Below the pieces are notes generated by a model, which was not told the origin of the DNA, did no database searches, and worked only from the letters and a program-made list of their open reading frames with translations. Below are positions 55,222 through 64,000 of a DNA stretch of 64,000 bases, in pieces. This DNA comes from Nematocida ausubeli (Eukaryota), in NCBI RefSeq assembly GCF_000738915.1, contig NW_026515635.1, positions 186,001 through 250,000 on the forward strand, written 5' to 3'. How positions within the stretch are numbered: the stretch's first letter is position 1; every line of letters begins with the position of its first letter. The translations under genes and the position numbers were made by a program.

Positions 55222-56468
55222 GATATACTGAATTAGACATTTTTCTAACCAAAAGGTTTTTTTTGCTTAACTATAATAAAGGCTTCTCTTCAAATTATTT
55301 CTAAATAATTTTATTTAAATAATTCTTCACGTATACATTTTTTTAGAAAGTGGTGTTTATTTACTTTTATTATGGAAAGATCTTGGAAAATCGCAAAAAC
55401 ACACATATTTAAAGAACCATCTTTCTGTAGAAGAGACAACACACGAATGAATATATGGAGGTATTTACACCCTTCTAGCGCATAAAGATCTTCAAATGGG
55501 TCTGTAGAGTCAGAAATCAGAGTGCTGCTGTGTTATACTTGTGAAAGAGTATGTAAAATACAGCGCGCGCCAGGAGTGAGTAAACCACCATACTCATACA
55601 AGGCGCAGTATGCACATACAAATAACTCTCTTCTGAGTATCATATTAATAGACAATTAGTTCTGGCTTCTTTGCCTCAAGGATAAAAAATTCTTTTTTCT
55701 GCACTAGAAATGTGAATAATACTGGTTATTGGCTTTCAGATTTTCTTTTTTGTCTACACACCAAAAGAGGCTTGGATTGTATATACATACATACTTCATA
55801 ACTTAAACTCTTATCCTTATTAGTATAAGAATGGGTGTTTAATTACTTACCAATATGATAGATTATAAATCTATAAATACAGAGTGCGGAGTAGATTATA
55901 ACTAGCTTAGCATCTTGAAGTATAATACTTCAAGCAAAAATGAGCTAGGCACTTTGTGTTCTCTGCCAAAAGAGTGTTACTTCTGTAATACACAAATAAT
56001 ATTTTTTAAAAGGCTCTTGAAGTTAAAAACCAGAAGACTTCTAAAAATTATAAGAGAGTGTAGTGCAAAACATAGCCATGCAGCACTAAAAGACACTCAC
56101 ATACGTTTAATAACAAAGGTTACTCAGAAATAAAACACATTCTATCGAATTATGTGGGTGTCTGGCTGGGATGCCTTTTTCTTTTGGGAGCGACAAGTCA
56201 TGTAGGACTACTTCTGCAATATAACTAATTTTATCATTTAGAAATAGAAATATATTTGGCTTTATAGGTGTATATTACAGATTATTTTATTAGAAAATAT
56301 TTATAGTCGAACCTATAAGTGCTTATTAGGATGAGTTTAGAGTACTTGTTGTTCTTATGCGCGCCTAAGCAAATAAAAGTTTTTGCAGAGTGATTCTGGA
56401 ATATTTTTGGCAGAAAAAAGAAATTTCCAGAATTTGAAAAGTATAAATACAAAATACTTTTTTACCAT

Positions 56469-58622
56469 ATGCAAGAAGCAATGAACAGAAACGAAGAAGC
56501 AAAAATAGATCAAGAAACACAAAATGTCTTTGAAGAGCTAAGACAGAATGGACCATTACCAAGAACAGACGAGAAGGTCAGCTTGGACGAGAATGTAGTT
56601 GGAGTATCCGAGGGAGAGACTCATGCATTCGACGCCCAGATGGACAGTCTTTTGAGTATTCTTATTAACTCAGTGTACTCCAGCAAAGACTACTTCTTGA
56701 GGGAGCTTATTTCCAATGCATCTGATGCAAACGACAAGAGAAAGAAGCTGTCATACACCACCCACCAGATTATTGAGGAGGAGCAGTGCATAAAGATCAT
56801 CCCAAACAAGGAAAACAGAACAATAACCATCTGCGATACCGGTATTGGAATGAGCAAGGCTGACATGATAAACTATCTTGGAAGCATTGCCTCTAGTGGA
56901 ACAAAAGAGTTCAAGAAGATGCTTCAGAGCACCAGCAGCGAGGGCCAGTCAATTGACAACCTAATCGGACAGTTTGGTCTTGGATTCTACGCAGCCTTTT
57001 TAGTTGCAGACCAGGTTGACGTCATCTCAAGAAAGGGAGACGAGTCACCTTGCATCTGGAGCAGCAGAGGACCAGGAGGATACGTTGTTGCACCATACAC
57101 TGGAGAGCACGCCCAAGGAACATCCGTTGTGCTGCACATTTCCGAGCAGTGCAAGTCATACTTAGAGGAGAAGACTCTTGAGGACATCATCAAGGCCCAC
57201 TCTTCTTTCATAGGATACCCAATCTACCTCTTTGTAATTGCAGAGAAGACAAGAAAGGTGTCAAAGGCAGTGGAGGAGAAGAAGGAAGAAAACTCCGAGA
57301 AGGCAGACGAAGATGTTGTTGAGGATGCAGCAGAGGAAAAGGAAGACGAGGAAACCTACTTCGAGGAGGAGTTCAAGAAGCTTAACACACAGATGCCTCT
57401 CTGGGCCAGAGATCCAAAGGAGGAGACAATCACAGAGAAGGAGTACGAAGACTTCTACAAGTCAATTTCAAACGACTGGGAGAAGCACTGCGCTGTCAGC
57501 CACTCCACAATTGAGGGAGACTTCAAGCTGCAGGTACTTCTGTTTGCCCAGAACAGGCCTCCTTTCAGGATGTTTGAGGGATCAAAGAAGAGCGCATGCA
57601 ACATTAAGCTGTACGTCCAGAATGTGCTTATAAGCAGCGACCTTTCCGAGGCTGTTCCAGAGTGGATGAGCTTCATTCACGGAGTAATCAGCTCCAAGGA
57701 CATCCCAATCAACCTTTCCAGAGAAATTGTACAGGGCAAGTCTGTCATGAAGCTGATCAAGAGAGTTATCTCCAAGAAGGTAATTGACATGCTGAACGAC
57801 ATGGCATTTGACAAGGAGAACTACCTCAAGTCATACAGCAACTTCAGCACATGCTTGAAGACAGGAATCTACATGGACAACTCTGATGTAGGCGCCAAGC
57901 TTCTTAAGCTGCTGAGGTTCAAGACCACAAAGAGCGAAGAGCCAATATCCTTTGAAGAGTACGTTAGCAGAATGGCGGAGGGCCAGAAGAAGATCTATGT
58001 GATCACTGGAATGAACGAGAAGGAAGTTATGTCTCACCCAGCTCTTGACAGAATGACCAAGTACGAGGTTATCTACATGCCAGACCCAATGGACGAGTTT
58101 GTCATCCAGGTGAACAGCCAGTTCAACGAGTTCCCCTTCCAGAGAATAACATCCGAGGGAATCGACCTTCCAGAAGAGAAGGAAGACACCAAGGAGAAAG
58201 AAGAGGAGTTCAAGGGAGTAATAGAAGGCATGAAGGCAGTTCTTGGCGACAAAGTTGAGAAGATTGTTATCTCCACTGCACTTGAAAAGCTTCCATGCTT
58301 TGTCTCCAGTGCAGGCCACAGCTACTCTCCTGCAATGGAGCAGATCTTAAAGGCACAGCCAGGTGGTTCAAGCGCAAACCCAGTTTTCGCCTCTGGATAC
58401 CTCACCAAGAAGATGCTTGAGATCAACCCAAACCACGCAACAATTGTTGGCCTGAAGACTCTTCTGGAGAAAGGCGACAAAGAAAAGTTTAACACCACCG
58501 TTGGCCTTCTCTTTGACTCCTGCCTTCTTGGAAATGGATTCCCAATTTCAAACATGGCAGAGTTCAGCAAGAGAATCTTCGAATTTGTTAACATGGGAAT
58601 GGAGTCAATGACTATTCAATAA
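56469..58622 (+). CDS. HSP90: Hsp90 chaperone
   Basis: FLRELISNASDA, DTGIGMSK, LGSIASSGT, IGQFGLGFY, IKLYV, PINLSRE and LEINPNH. Strong C-ending codon bias suggests high expression. Confidence 0.97.
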   Translation: MQEAMNRNEEAKIDQETQNVFEELRQNGPLPRTDEKVSLDENVVGVSEGETHAFDAQMDSLLSILINSVYSSKDYFLRELISNASDANDKRKKLSYTTHQIIEEEQCIKIIPNKENRTITICDTGIGMSKADMINYLGSIASSGTKEFKKMLQSTSSEGQSIDNLIGQFGLGFYAAFLVADQVDVISRKGDESPCIWSSRGPGGYVVAPYTGEHAQGTSVVLHISEQCKSYLEEKTLEDIIKAHSSFIGYPIYLFVIAEKTRKVSKAVEEKKEENSEKADEDVVEDAAEEKEDEETYFEEEFKKLNTQMPLWARDPKEETITEKEYEDFYKSISNDWEKHCAVSHSTIEGDFKLQVLLFAQNRPPFRMFEGSKKSACNIKLYVQNVLISSDLSEAVPEWMSFIHGVISSKDIPINLSREIVQGKSVMKLIKRVISKKVIDMLNDMAFDKENYLKSYSNFSTCLKTGIYMDNSDVGAKLLKLLRFKTTKSEEPISFEEYVSRMAEGQKKIYVITGMNEKEVMSHPALDRMTKYEVIYMPDPMDEFVIQVNSQFNEFPFQRITSEGIDLPEEKEDTKEKEEEFKGVIEGMKAVLGDKVEKIVISTALEKLPCFVSSAGHSYSPAMEQILKAQPGGSSANPVFASGYLTKKMLEINPNHATIVGLKTLLEKGDKEKFNTTVGLLFDSCLLGNGFPISNMAEFSKRIFEFVNMGMESMTIQ

Positions 58623-59002
58623 GCATGTTTTTAAATAAACAAAATATTTATTACTTCCTCTATTTTTTCAAGTTACAGCTGCATCTACTAAAAGTTGGCT
58701 ATGCATACTGTCTAATTATTTTTCTGTATTTAAGGGGATAGTGTGCCATAATTACCAGAGCTTAAACAAATTACATTGTAGAATCCGCACATACACAACA
58801 TTATTTTTAAAGGCCTGTCTACCCAGAAACAGCCTTTTCTTTATACACTTGCCTTTTTATTGGTTGTTAAGAATTAAACTAAAGATTCTTTATAATAAAG
58901 ATGTGCAGAAGAAAAAAGTATTCTGTAGAGCCTTTTTGGTCAGAGTATATCCGAATGAATATCTTAAATTTATTCTAATATGGAACTGCACAGAGAGATA
59001 TC

Positions 59003-60982
59003 TTACAGTGGCCGGAGTTCTTGGCTTTGGTAGAACGTAAAGACTGTGTCTAAGTAGTCTTGGTTTTGGTCAATCATGGAGGAAAGTGTTTTCATGCGTG
59101 AAAGATGTTCGTGCGCAAGAGAGAACTCTCTTTTGTGAATAGCGTGCTCAATAAGCCTCTTTCGTGCATAGTATTCAGTTGATGCAGACACTTCTCCGGG
59201 ATAGCTTAGAGCCTTTCGAATGGTGGGGACCAGTCCCAGACTCTTTACGTTTGCACATACGTGCAGAATTGCTTCTTTTGCCTCTTTATGGGTCTCTGCT
59301 GACTTAAGAAGAGACTCAACCCACAGTGCAGGAAGCTGCCCAGTTTTCAGATATAGACACAGCACAGCTTCCCCAGCATACCTAAACATAAGAGTAGCTG
59401 TGGCAAGCGTAAAAAGCGCATTTGCGTCTCTTCCAATGTTTGGTGTGTATGTTTTAACCTTTACAAGCAGATACTCTATGGCTTCTTCGATCTTCCCCTG
59501 GAGCAAAAGTATTCTTTGAAGAGCTGCATCTATTTTCTCGCTCTTCTGATTAAACACAGAGGCATATTTAATAATTCGCTCTGCATCCTCGTAGTTCTCA
59601 CTCTGTGCAAATGATATTGCAGTTAGTAGAAGAGTGTCTATATCAAGCACCTCGAAGTTGCAGCTCTGCAGGATAGAGAGCGCCTCTGCGTGCTGCCCAT
59701 TGAGAAGAAGCCGAGTGCACAGTGCTTTTGCGTACTTTGCGGTTTTCACCAGATTAAAAGCCTCTTTCAAATATTCTATGCTGTTCTCCATTATGCCAAA
59801 GGCAAATAACAATGAGGCAAGTTCGATTTTTAGTAGAATCACAGGCTCTCTGGAATGGGCTGCAGCTTTGTAGAGAGAGCATGTGTTGTTAATAAGCTCC
59901 TGCATCTCCAAGTCCCTTTTAATCTGCTCTATCTTTTCCTGCAGAAGTGGCTTAGCTATCTCGCGCTTTCCTGCAAGAATAAGCGAGGCAATAAGCCTGT
60001 CTGTCTCTTTGTGCTTTTCAAATAGTGGGATTGCCGGAGAGTGCGAGGCTGTTGAGACTAGGGCATGCGCCCAAAGAATCTCATGCTCCTTCTCCTTTAG
60101 GGGAACTTCTGGAGTTATGCTGTACTCAATTGCAGAAAGCGTAGCCACTGGCCTGTCTACTAAACACCCTGCATACAGCAGCAAAGCATCCAAGGAATAT
60201 CCATTTTGTAGAAGCATCTGTGAAATAGCGCTGGCCTCTGCCTTAGATGCCTCGTTCCCAACTAGAGTTAGATTTTTTGCATGCAGGTATAGCAGGTCTT
60301 TCTGCTGGCTTGTCATGTCATAGATCGCTGGCTCTGTCTTTGGAAAAAGAAAGTATCTGTCGCCTGTTTCTATTGCTCTTTCAAGGTCATCCAAATTTGT
60401 ATACTCTGCCTCTTCTTTTCCGTGGGTTACCAGTTCGCACACAAAAATAGGCACACTGTGTGGCTGGCCTGCACATGTATATCCTTGCTTGCCTATGAAC
60501 TGCCACTCTATATTCAGAATGCCCTTGAGAGCTTGAACTGCCTCTTGCTCTATGGATCTAAAATAGTCATCGTCAGTTATTTCATTGCATATTCGAATCT
60601 GCGCAAACAGAAGGGCTGTCTGCTCATCTGCAGAGGCAGTTTTGCATGCCTTTGAGATCGCAAGAAGCATCTCTTTTGTGTGGAATATTATGGTTTGTGA
60701 TTTTAGTCCTACTTTTTTAAGAAGAATATACACGCCTTCAAGTAAATCTGGCCTTTCGCTAAGTATCCATCCTATTTTTACTTTTGGCTGCACATATATT
60801 TCAACTAAGTCAACAATTGACTCATGCGCTCTGTTTATGGGTGCTCCAATCACATCAAAGACGCGCTCTTTCAGCTCAATCTCCAGCGGAGCATCTTTTT
60901 CTGTTTTTGCCAGGCCTATGGCCCTGTGAACTCGCTCAAAAAACTCATTTCTCTCCTTGCTAGAATCCGTTTCTATGCCCAT
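59003..60982 (-). CDS. Helical-repeat/TPR protein, possibly TTC27/Emw1-like
   Basis: 659-aa ORF with TPR-like helical repeats in the C-terminal half. Family assignment is tentative. Confidence 0.6.
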   Translation of the reverse strand: MGIETDSSKERNEFFERVHRAIGLAKTEKDAPLEIELKERVFDVIGAPINRAHESIVDLVEIYVQPKVKIGWILSERPDLLEGVYILLKKVGLKSQTIIFHTKEMLLAISKACKTASADEQTALLFAQIRICNEITDDDYFRSIEQEAVQALKGILNIEWQFIGKQGYTCAGQPHSVPIFVCELVTHGKEEAEYTNLDDLERAIETGDRYFLFPKTEPAIYDMTSQQKDLLYLHAKNLTLVGNEASKAEASAISQMLLQNGYSLDALLLYAGCLVDRPVATLSAIEYSITPEVPLKEKEHEILWAHALVSTASHSPAIPLFEKHKETDRLIASLILAGKREIAKPLLQEKIEQIKRDLEMQELINNTCSLYKAAAHSREPVILLKIELASLLFAFGIMENSIEYLKEAFNLVKTAKYAKALCTRLLLNGQHAEALSILQSCNFEVLDIDTLLLTAISFAQSENYEDAERIIKYASVFNQKSEKIDAALQRILLLQGKIEEAIEYLLVKVKTYTPNIGRDANALFTLATATLMFRYAGEAVLCLYLKTGQLPALWVESLLKSAETHKEAKEAILHVCANVKSLGLVPTIRKALSYPGEVSASTEYYARKRLIEHAIHKREFSLAHEHLSRMKTLSSMIDQNQDYLDTVFTFYQSQELRPL

Positions 60983-61108
60983 AAAATTTTACTGTGGCTA
61001 CTTGGTATTCATGCAATATTTTATACATGCGAGTTCAAAGAGTCAATTCTGAAACACATGGCAACAATGTAAAACGCAAGTATTTAATGCAGAGGAGCAC
61101 GTAAACAC

Positions 61109-61738
61109 ATGGAAATTGCATTTCACAGCAACAAGTGCGCACTCAAAGACTCTCTTCGGCTAATTAAAATAGGAAAAAATCCGTGCTGGAAAAAAAGATA
61201 CCAGCTGTTCAAATACGCATCAGGCCTGATTAGCGCAAACGAGAGCATAATCTCCCTAAAGTCAGATATATCAGAGTACAATATGCAGGAGTTCAATGAA
61301 CTGATTGCGCAATACACCGCACATGCCAATATTTTTATAAGCAGAAAAGGAGAGTGCGTTGTCTGCCTAAAAAACTGTCTGGAGGATCTTCAGAATCCAG
61401 AGGCTGCACTTTTCTTGGACGAAGAGATTATAACAGCTAGAAGCTCGCCTGAGATGGAAATAACAGATGAAAAAATAGCCCAGGTAGCAGACAAAATGAA
61501 AAGACTAAACACAAAGACGGAGTTCATGGAGTCCATTATAAATATGCAAACAGAGGATCTTGACAGAGTTTCATATTCAAGCACATCAATGGTGAACTAC
61601 TCTGAGTCGCATCTTTCCCAGCTGGAGGAGGCCTTAAGAAAAAAGAAGAGGGCAGTTATTATAAAAAGATGGCTTGGGGGCGTAGTTGTCTTTTTCTGCT
61701 TCTTGTCTCTTTTGCTGCTTAGGCCATTCATTATATAA
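61109..61738 (+). CDS. Tail-anchored t-SNARE (syntaxin-like)
   Basis: SNARE motif with central Q (INMQTEDLDRV), basic stretch RKKKR and C-terminal TM. Confidence 0.7.
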   Translation: MEIAFHSNKCALKDSLRLIKIGKNPCWKKRYQLFKYASGLISANESIISLKSDISEYNMQEFNELIAQYTAHANIFISRKGECVVCLKNCLEDLQNPEAALFLDEEIITARSSPEMEITDEKIAQVADKMKRLNTKTEFMESIINMQTEDLDRVSYSSTSMVNYSESHLSQLEEALRKKKRAVIIKRWLGGVVVFFCFLSLLLLRPFII

Positions 61739-62124
61739 GTTTAGACGCTGCATAAATAAAGAAATAAAAGACTGATATTTTAACTCCAGTGACAGCTCTT
61801 ATTATTTCCGCAATGGGTACACACTTTGTGCGGTCTACACCAAGAATAACACAAAGAATGCATACAGTATCTAAATCAAAAAACTATGCTAAATCATAGA
61901 TAGATGCATTTTTACTATATTTCTGATGTTTTTATGGAATTCAAAGCTATTTAAGCGTGCTGTGTAAACTCAGCAAAATCTGTGGCTGCTGTGCCCTATC
62001 CGCAGAATATGCCACCATTCTCTGCACTCTGCAGCTGTAAAACTTATTTTAAATTCTGTATAAAAATTGCAGCACCCTTCTGTAGCATCTTTTATAGTTT
62101 TATTCCTGCAAATTTGAAATTTAA

Positions 62125-64000
62125 ATGGAGAGAGACGACCAAGACCATTCGCAGAACTCGGCTGCCTTTTCCTTTGACAATGGAAGTCAGCTGAGCTTTG
62201 GAACAAGCCAGCCCTTCCATCTTACACAGTACAACTCTGAGAATATACCAGAGATTATTGAGGACATGAAGTCAACATACACCCAGGAGAACGTCCGTGT
62301 CGTATGGGGAACAACCATAAACATACAAGAGACAATTGATCTGTTCAAAGAGTTTATCCGCACATTTACTACACAGGATGGAGTGCCCGTGTATTTGCAC
62401 CGCATTGAAGAGATGCACGAACTAGAAGACTATGTTATAACACTGAACTGCGCGCATCTGAAAGGCACAGCATATGACCGAATTCTGACAGAAATACTGG
62501 CATATCCCGTTGAGATATTCCCGTTGCTGGAAATAGCAATATCTGACCTGTACTTGGAGAAGTACCCATCTACTCCGCCTATGATTAAGGTGCTTGTAAA
62601 GAATGTTGGCAACCACAAAAACATCAGGGACCTTCTTCCAACGGATGTAGATACAACAGTTGAAATAACCGGAATGGTAACAAAGACAAGCGGAATAATT
62701 CCAGACATTACAACAGCAGCATATGTGTGCAATAAGTGCCGGGAGGTACTGACAACAGAGGTTGTGCGAGGAGTAATTGCAGAGCCAGTGGACTGCCCAT
62801 GCGGCCAGAAGTTCTCAATGGAGATGGACAGCAGTCTTTCTTTGTTCCAGGACAAGCAGGTCATTAAAGTACAGGAGCTGCCTGAGTCAGTCAGCGATGG
62901 GCTGGTGCCCTGCACAATAACAGTGCTTGCCTCACACGTTCTTACAGACGGACTTGTTCCAGGAGACAAAGTAAGAATTGCTGGAATATTCAGAGCAGTC
63001 CCCTTAAAGCTGAACTATATCCATAGAACAATAAAAAGTTCGTTCAAGACGTATATTGAGATGGCTAGCTACACAAAAATATCCGAGGAGAAGATAAGGC
63101 AGGACACATTTGGAGTTCTTGAGGAGATAGAAGCACTGCGCAACTCAGAGAACGTGTACGAGAAGCTGGCCCTTTCAATTGCCCCAGGGATATACGGCAT
63201 GCTTGATGTGAAAAAGGCACTTCTTCTGCAGATGTTTGGAGGCGTGACAAAGTCCTTGAATGGGGCTAGATTCAGAGGAGACATAAATGTGCTTCTAGCA
63301 GGTGATCCGGGTGTGGCAAAAAGTCAGCTTCTGCTGGCTGTCCACAGACTTATTGACAGAGGCGTATACACTTCAGGAAAGGGGTCAAGTGCAGTGGGTC
63401 TAACAGCAAACGTGTCTCGGGATATGGACAGCGGGCAGCACATACTTGAGTCAGGGGCTTTGGTCATAAGTGACGGGGGCGTCTGCTGCATCGATGAGTT
63501 TGACAAGATGGGCGAGTCTACACGAAGTGTCCTGCATGAGGCAATGGAGCAGCAGACTGTGAGCATAGCAAAGGCAGGCATAATAACCACGCTTAATGCA
63601 AGATGCTCAATCTTGGCAGCCTGCAACCCCATTAACAGCAGCTATGACCCAAAGAAGAACATCATTGAAAATCTGGACATTCCCCCAACCCTGCTGAGCA
63701 GATTTGACGTAGTCTGTCTTCTTCTGGATAAGGTAAATGAAAAGAGAGACAGAGAGATAAGCACGCACATCATCAAGTTATACGCAGGCACTGAAAAGCC
63801 CGTGAGTCCGCCAGTCAAAGAGAGCACTCTTAAGCAGTACATAAAAGAGGGAAGAAATATAGTGCCAAGAATAACTGAGCCAGCTGCAGAGAAGATATCC
63901 AAGGAGTATCAGGAGCTGCGTCTGCTAGGAAATGGCAAGAGTGTAACGGCAACCACCAGACAGCTAGAAAGCATCATTCGCCTTAGCGAAGCACATGCTA
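62125..64000 (+). CDS. MCM4: Replicative helicase subunit MCM4, 3'-truncated and absent from the ORF track
   Basis: Manual translation from ATG 62125 gives VVWGTTINIQE, Zn finger CNKC..CPC, RGDINVLLAGDPGVAKSQ, YTSGKGSSAVGLTA, CCIDEFDKM, HEAMEQQTVSIAKAGIITTLNAR and LLSRFD. Confidence 0.93.
   Translation, partial: MERDDQDHSQNSAAFSFDNGSQLSFGTSQPFHLTQYNSENIPEIIEDMKSTYTQENVRVVWGTTINIQETIDLFKEFIRTFTTQDGVPVYLHRIEEMHELEDYVITLNCAHLKGTAYDRILTEILAYPVEIFPLLEIAISDLYLEKYPSTPPMIKVLVKNVGNHKNIRDLLPTDVDTTVEITGMVTKTSGIIPDITTAAYVCNKCREVLTTEVVRGVIAEPVDCPCGQKFSMEMDSSLSLFQDKQVIKVQELPESVSDGLVPCTITVLASHVLTDGLVPGDKVRIAGIFRAVPLKLNYIHRTIKSSFKTYIEMASYTKISEEKIRQDTFGVLEEIEALRNSENVYEKLALSIAPGIYGMLDVKKALLLQMFGGVTKSLNGARFRGDINVLLAGDPGVAKSQLLLAVHRLIDRGVYTSGKGSSAVGLTANVSRDMDSGQHILESGALVISDGGVCCIDEFDKMGESTRSVLHEAMEQQTVSIAKAGIITTLNARCSILAACNPINSSYDPKKNIIENLDIPPTLLSRFDVVCLLLDKVNEKRDREISTHIIKLYAGTEKPVSPPVKESTLKQYIKEGRNIVPRITEPAAEKISKEYQELRLLGNGKSVTATTRQLESIIRLSEAHA

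Noticed and set aside
1..64000. Functional cluster of chromosome-maintenance genes (SMC4, Cnd1, RFC1, ligase, helicase, MCM4)
   Set aside because: They are interspersed with unrelated genes, and such genes form a large share of a reduced proteome, so chance suffices.

Overview
Compact, intron-free, AT-rich eukaryotic DNA. Short divergent housekeeping proteins, tiny intergenic gaps and an INPxGPLNxLRGY secreted family point to a microsporidian, most likely Nematocida (inference). It holds about 30 CDSs, including SMC4, a HAL2-like phosphatase, a PDI/TMX3-like protein, RFC1, a Sec9-like SNARE, Ubc12, PheRS-alpha, condensin Cnd1, PRA1, DNA ligase I, Sec24, TAF12, Kin28/CDK7, GluRS, Utp7, Pfs2, an XPD/FANCJ-family helicase, an HROB-like OB-fold protein, Hsp90, a TPR protein, a t-SNARE, MCM4 (absent from the ORF track) and several secreted orphans. 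There are also two tRNAs (Asp-GTC, Cys-GCA). The most striking region is the 3.6-kb gap without a credible gene between GluRS and Utp7 (38034-41681). It contains two GC-rich, heavily base-paired islands whose G-U pairs and tetraloops indicate + strand RNAs. The second (~40066-40975) carries TAACCTAACCCT, a possible template for TTAGG or TTAGGG telomeres, and is proposed as a candidate microsporidian telomerase RNA. The first (~38980-39410, possibly 38520-39630) is a second large structured ncRNA of unknown identity. All structures were paired by eye and need folding, covariation and expression checks.
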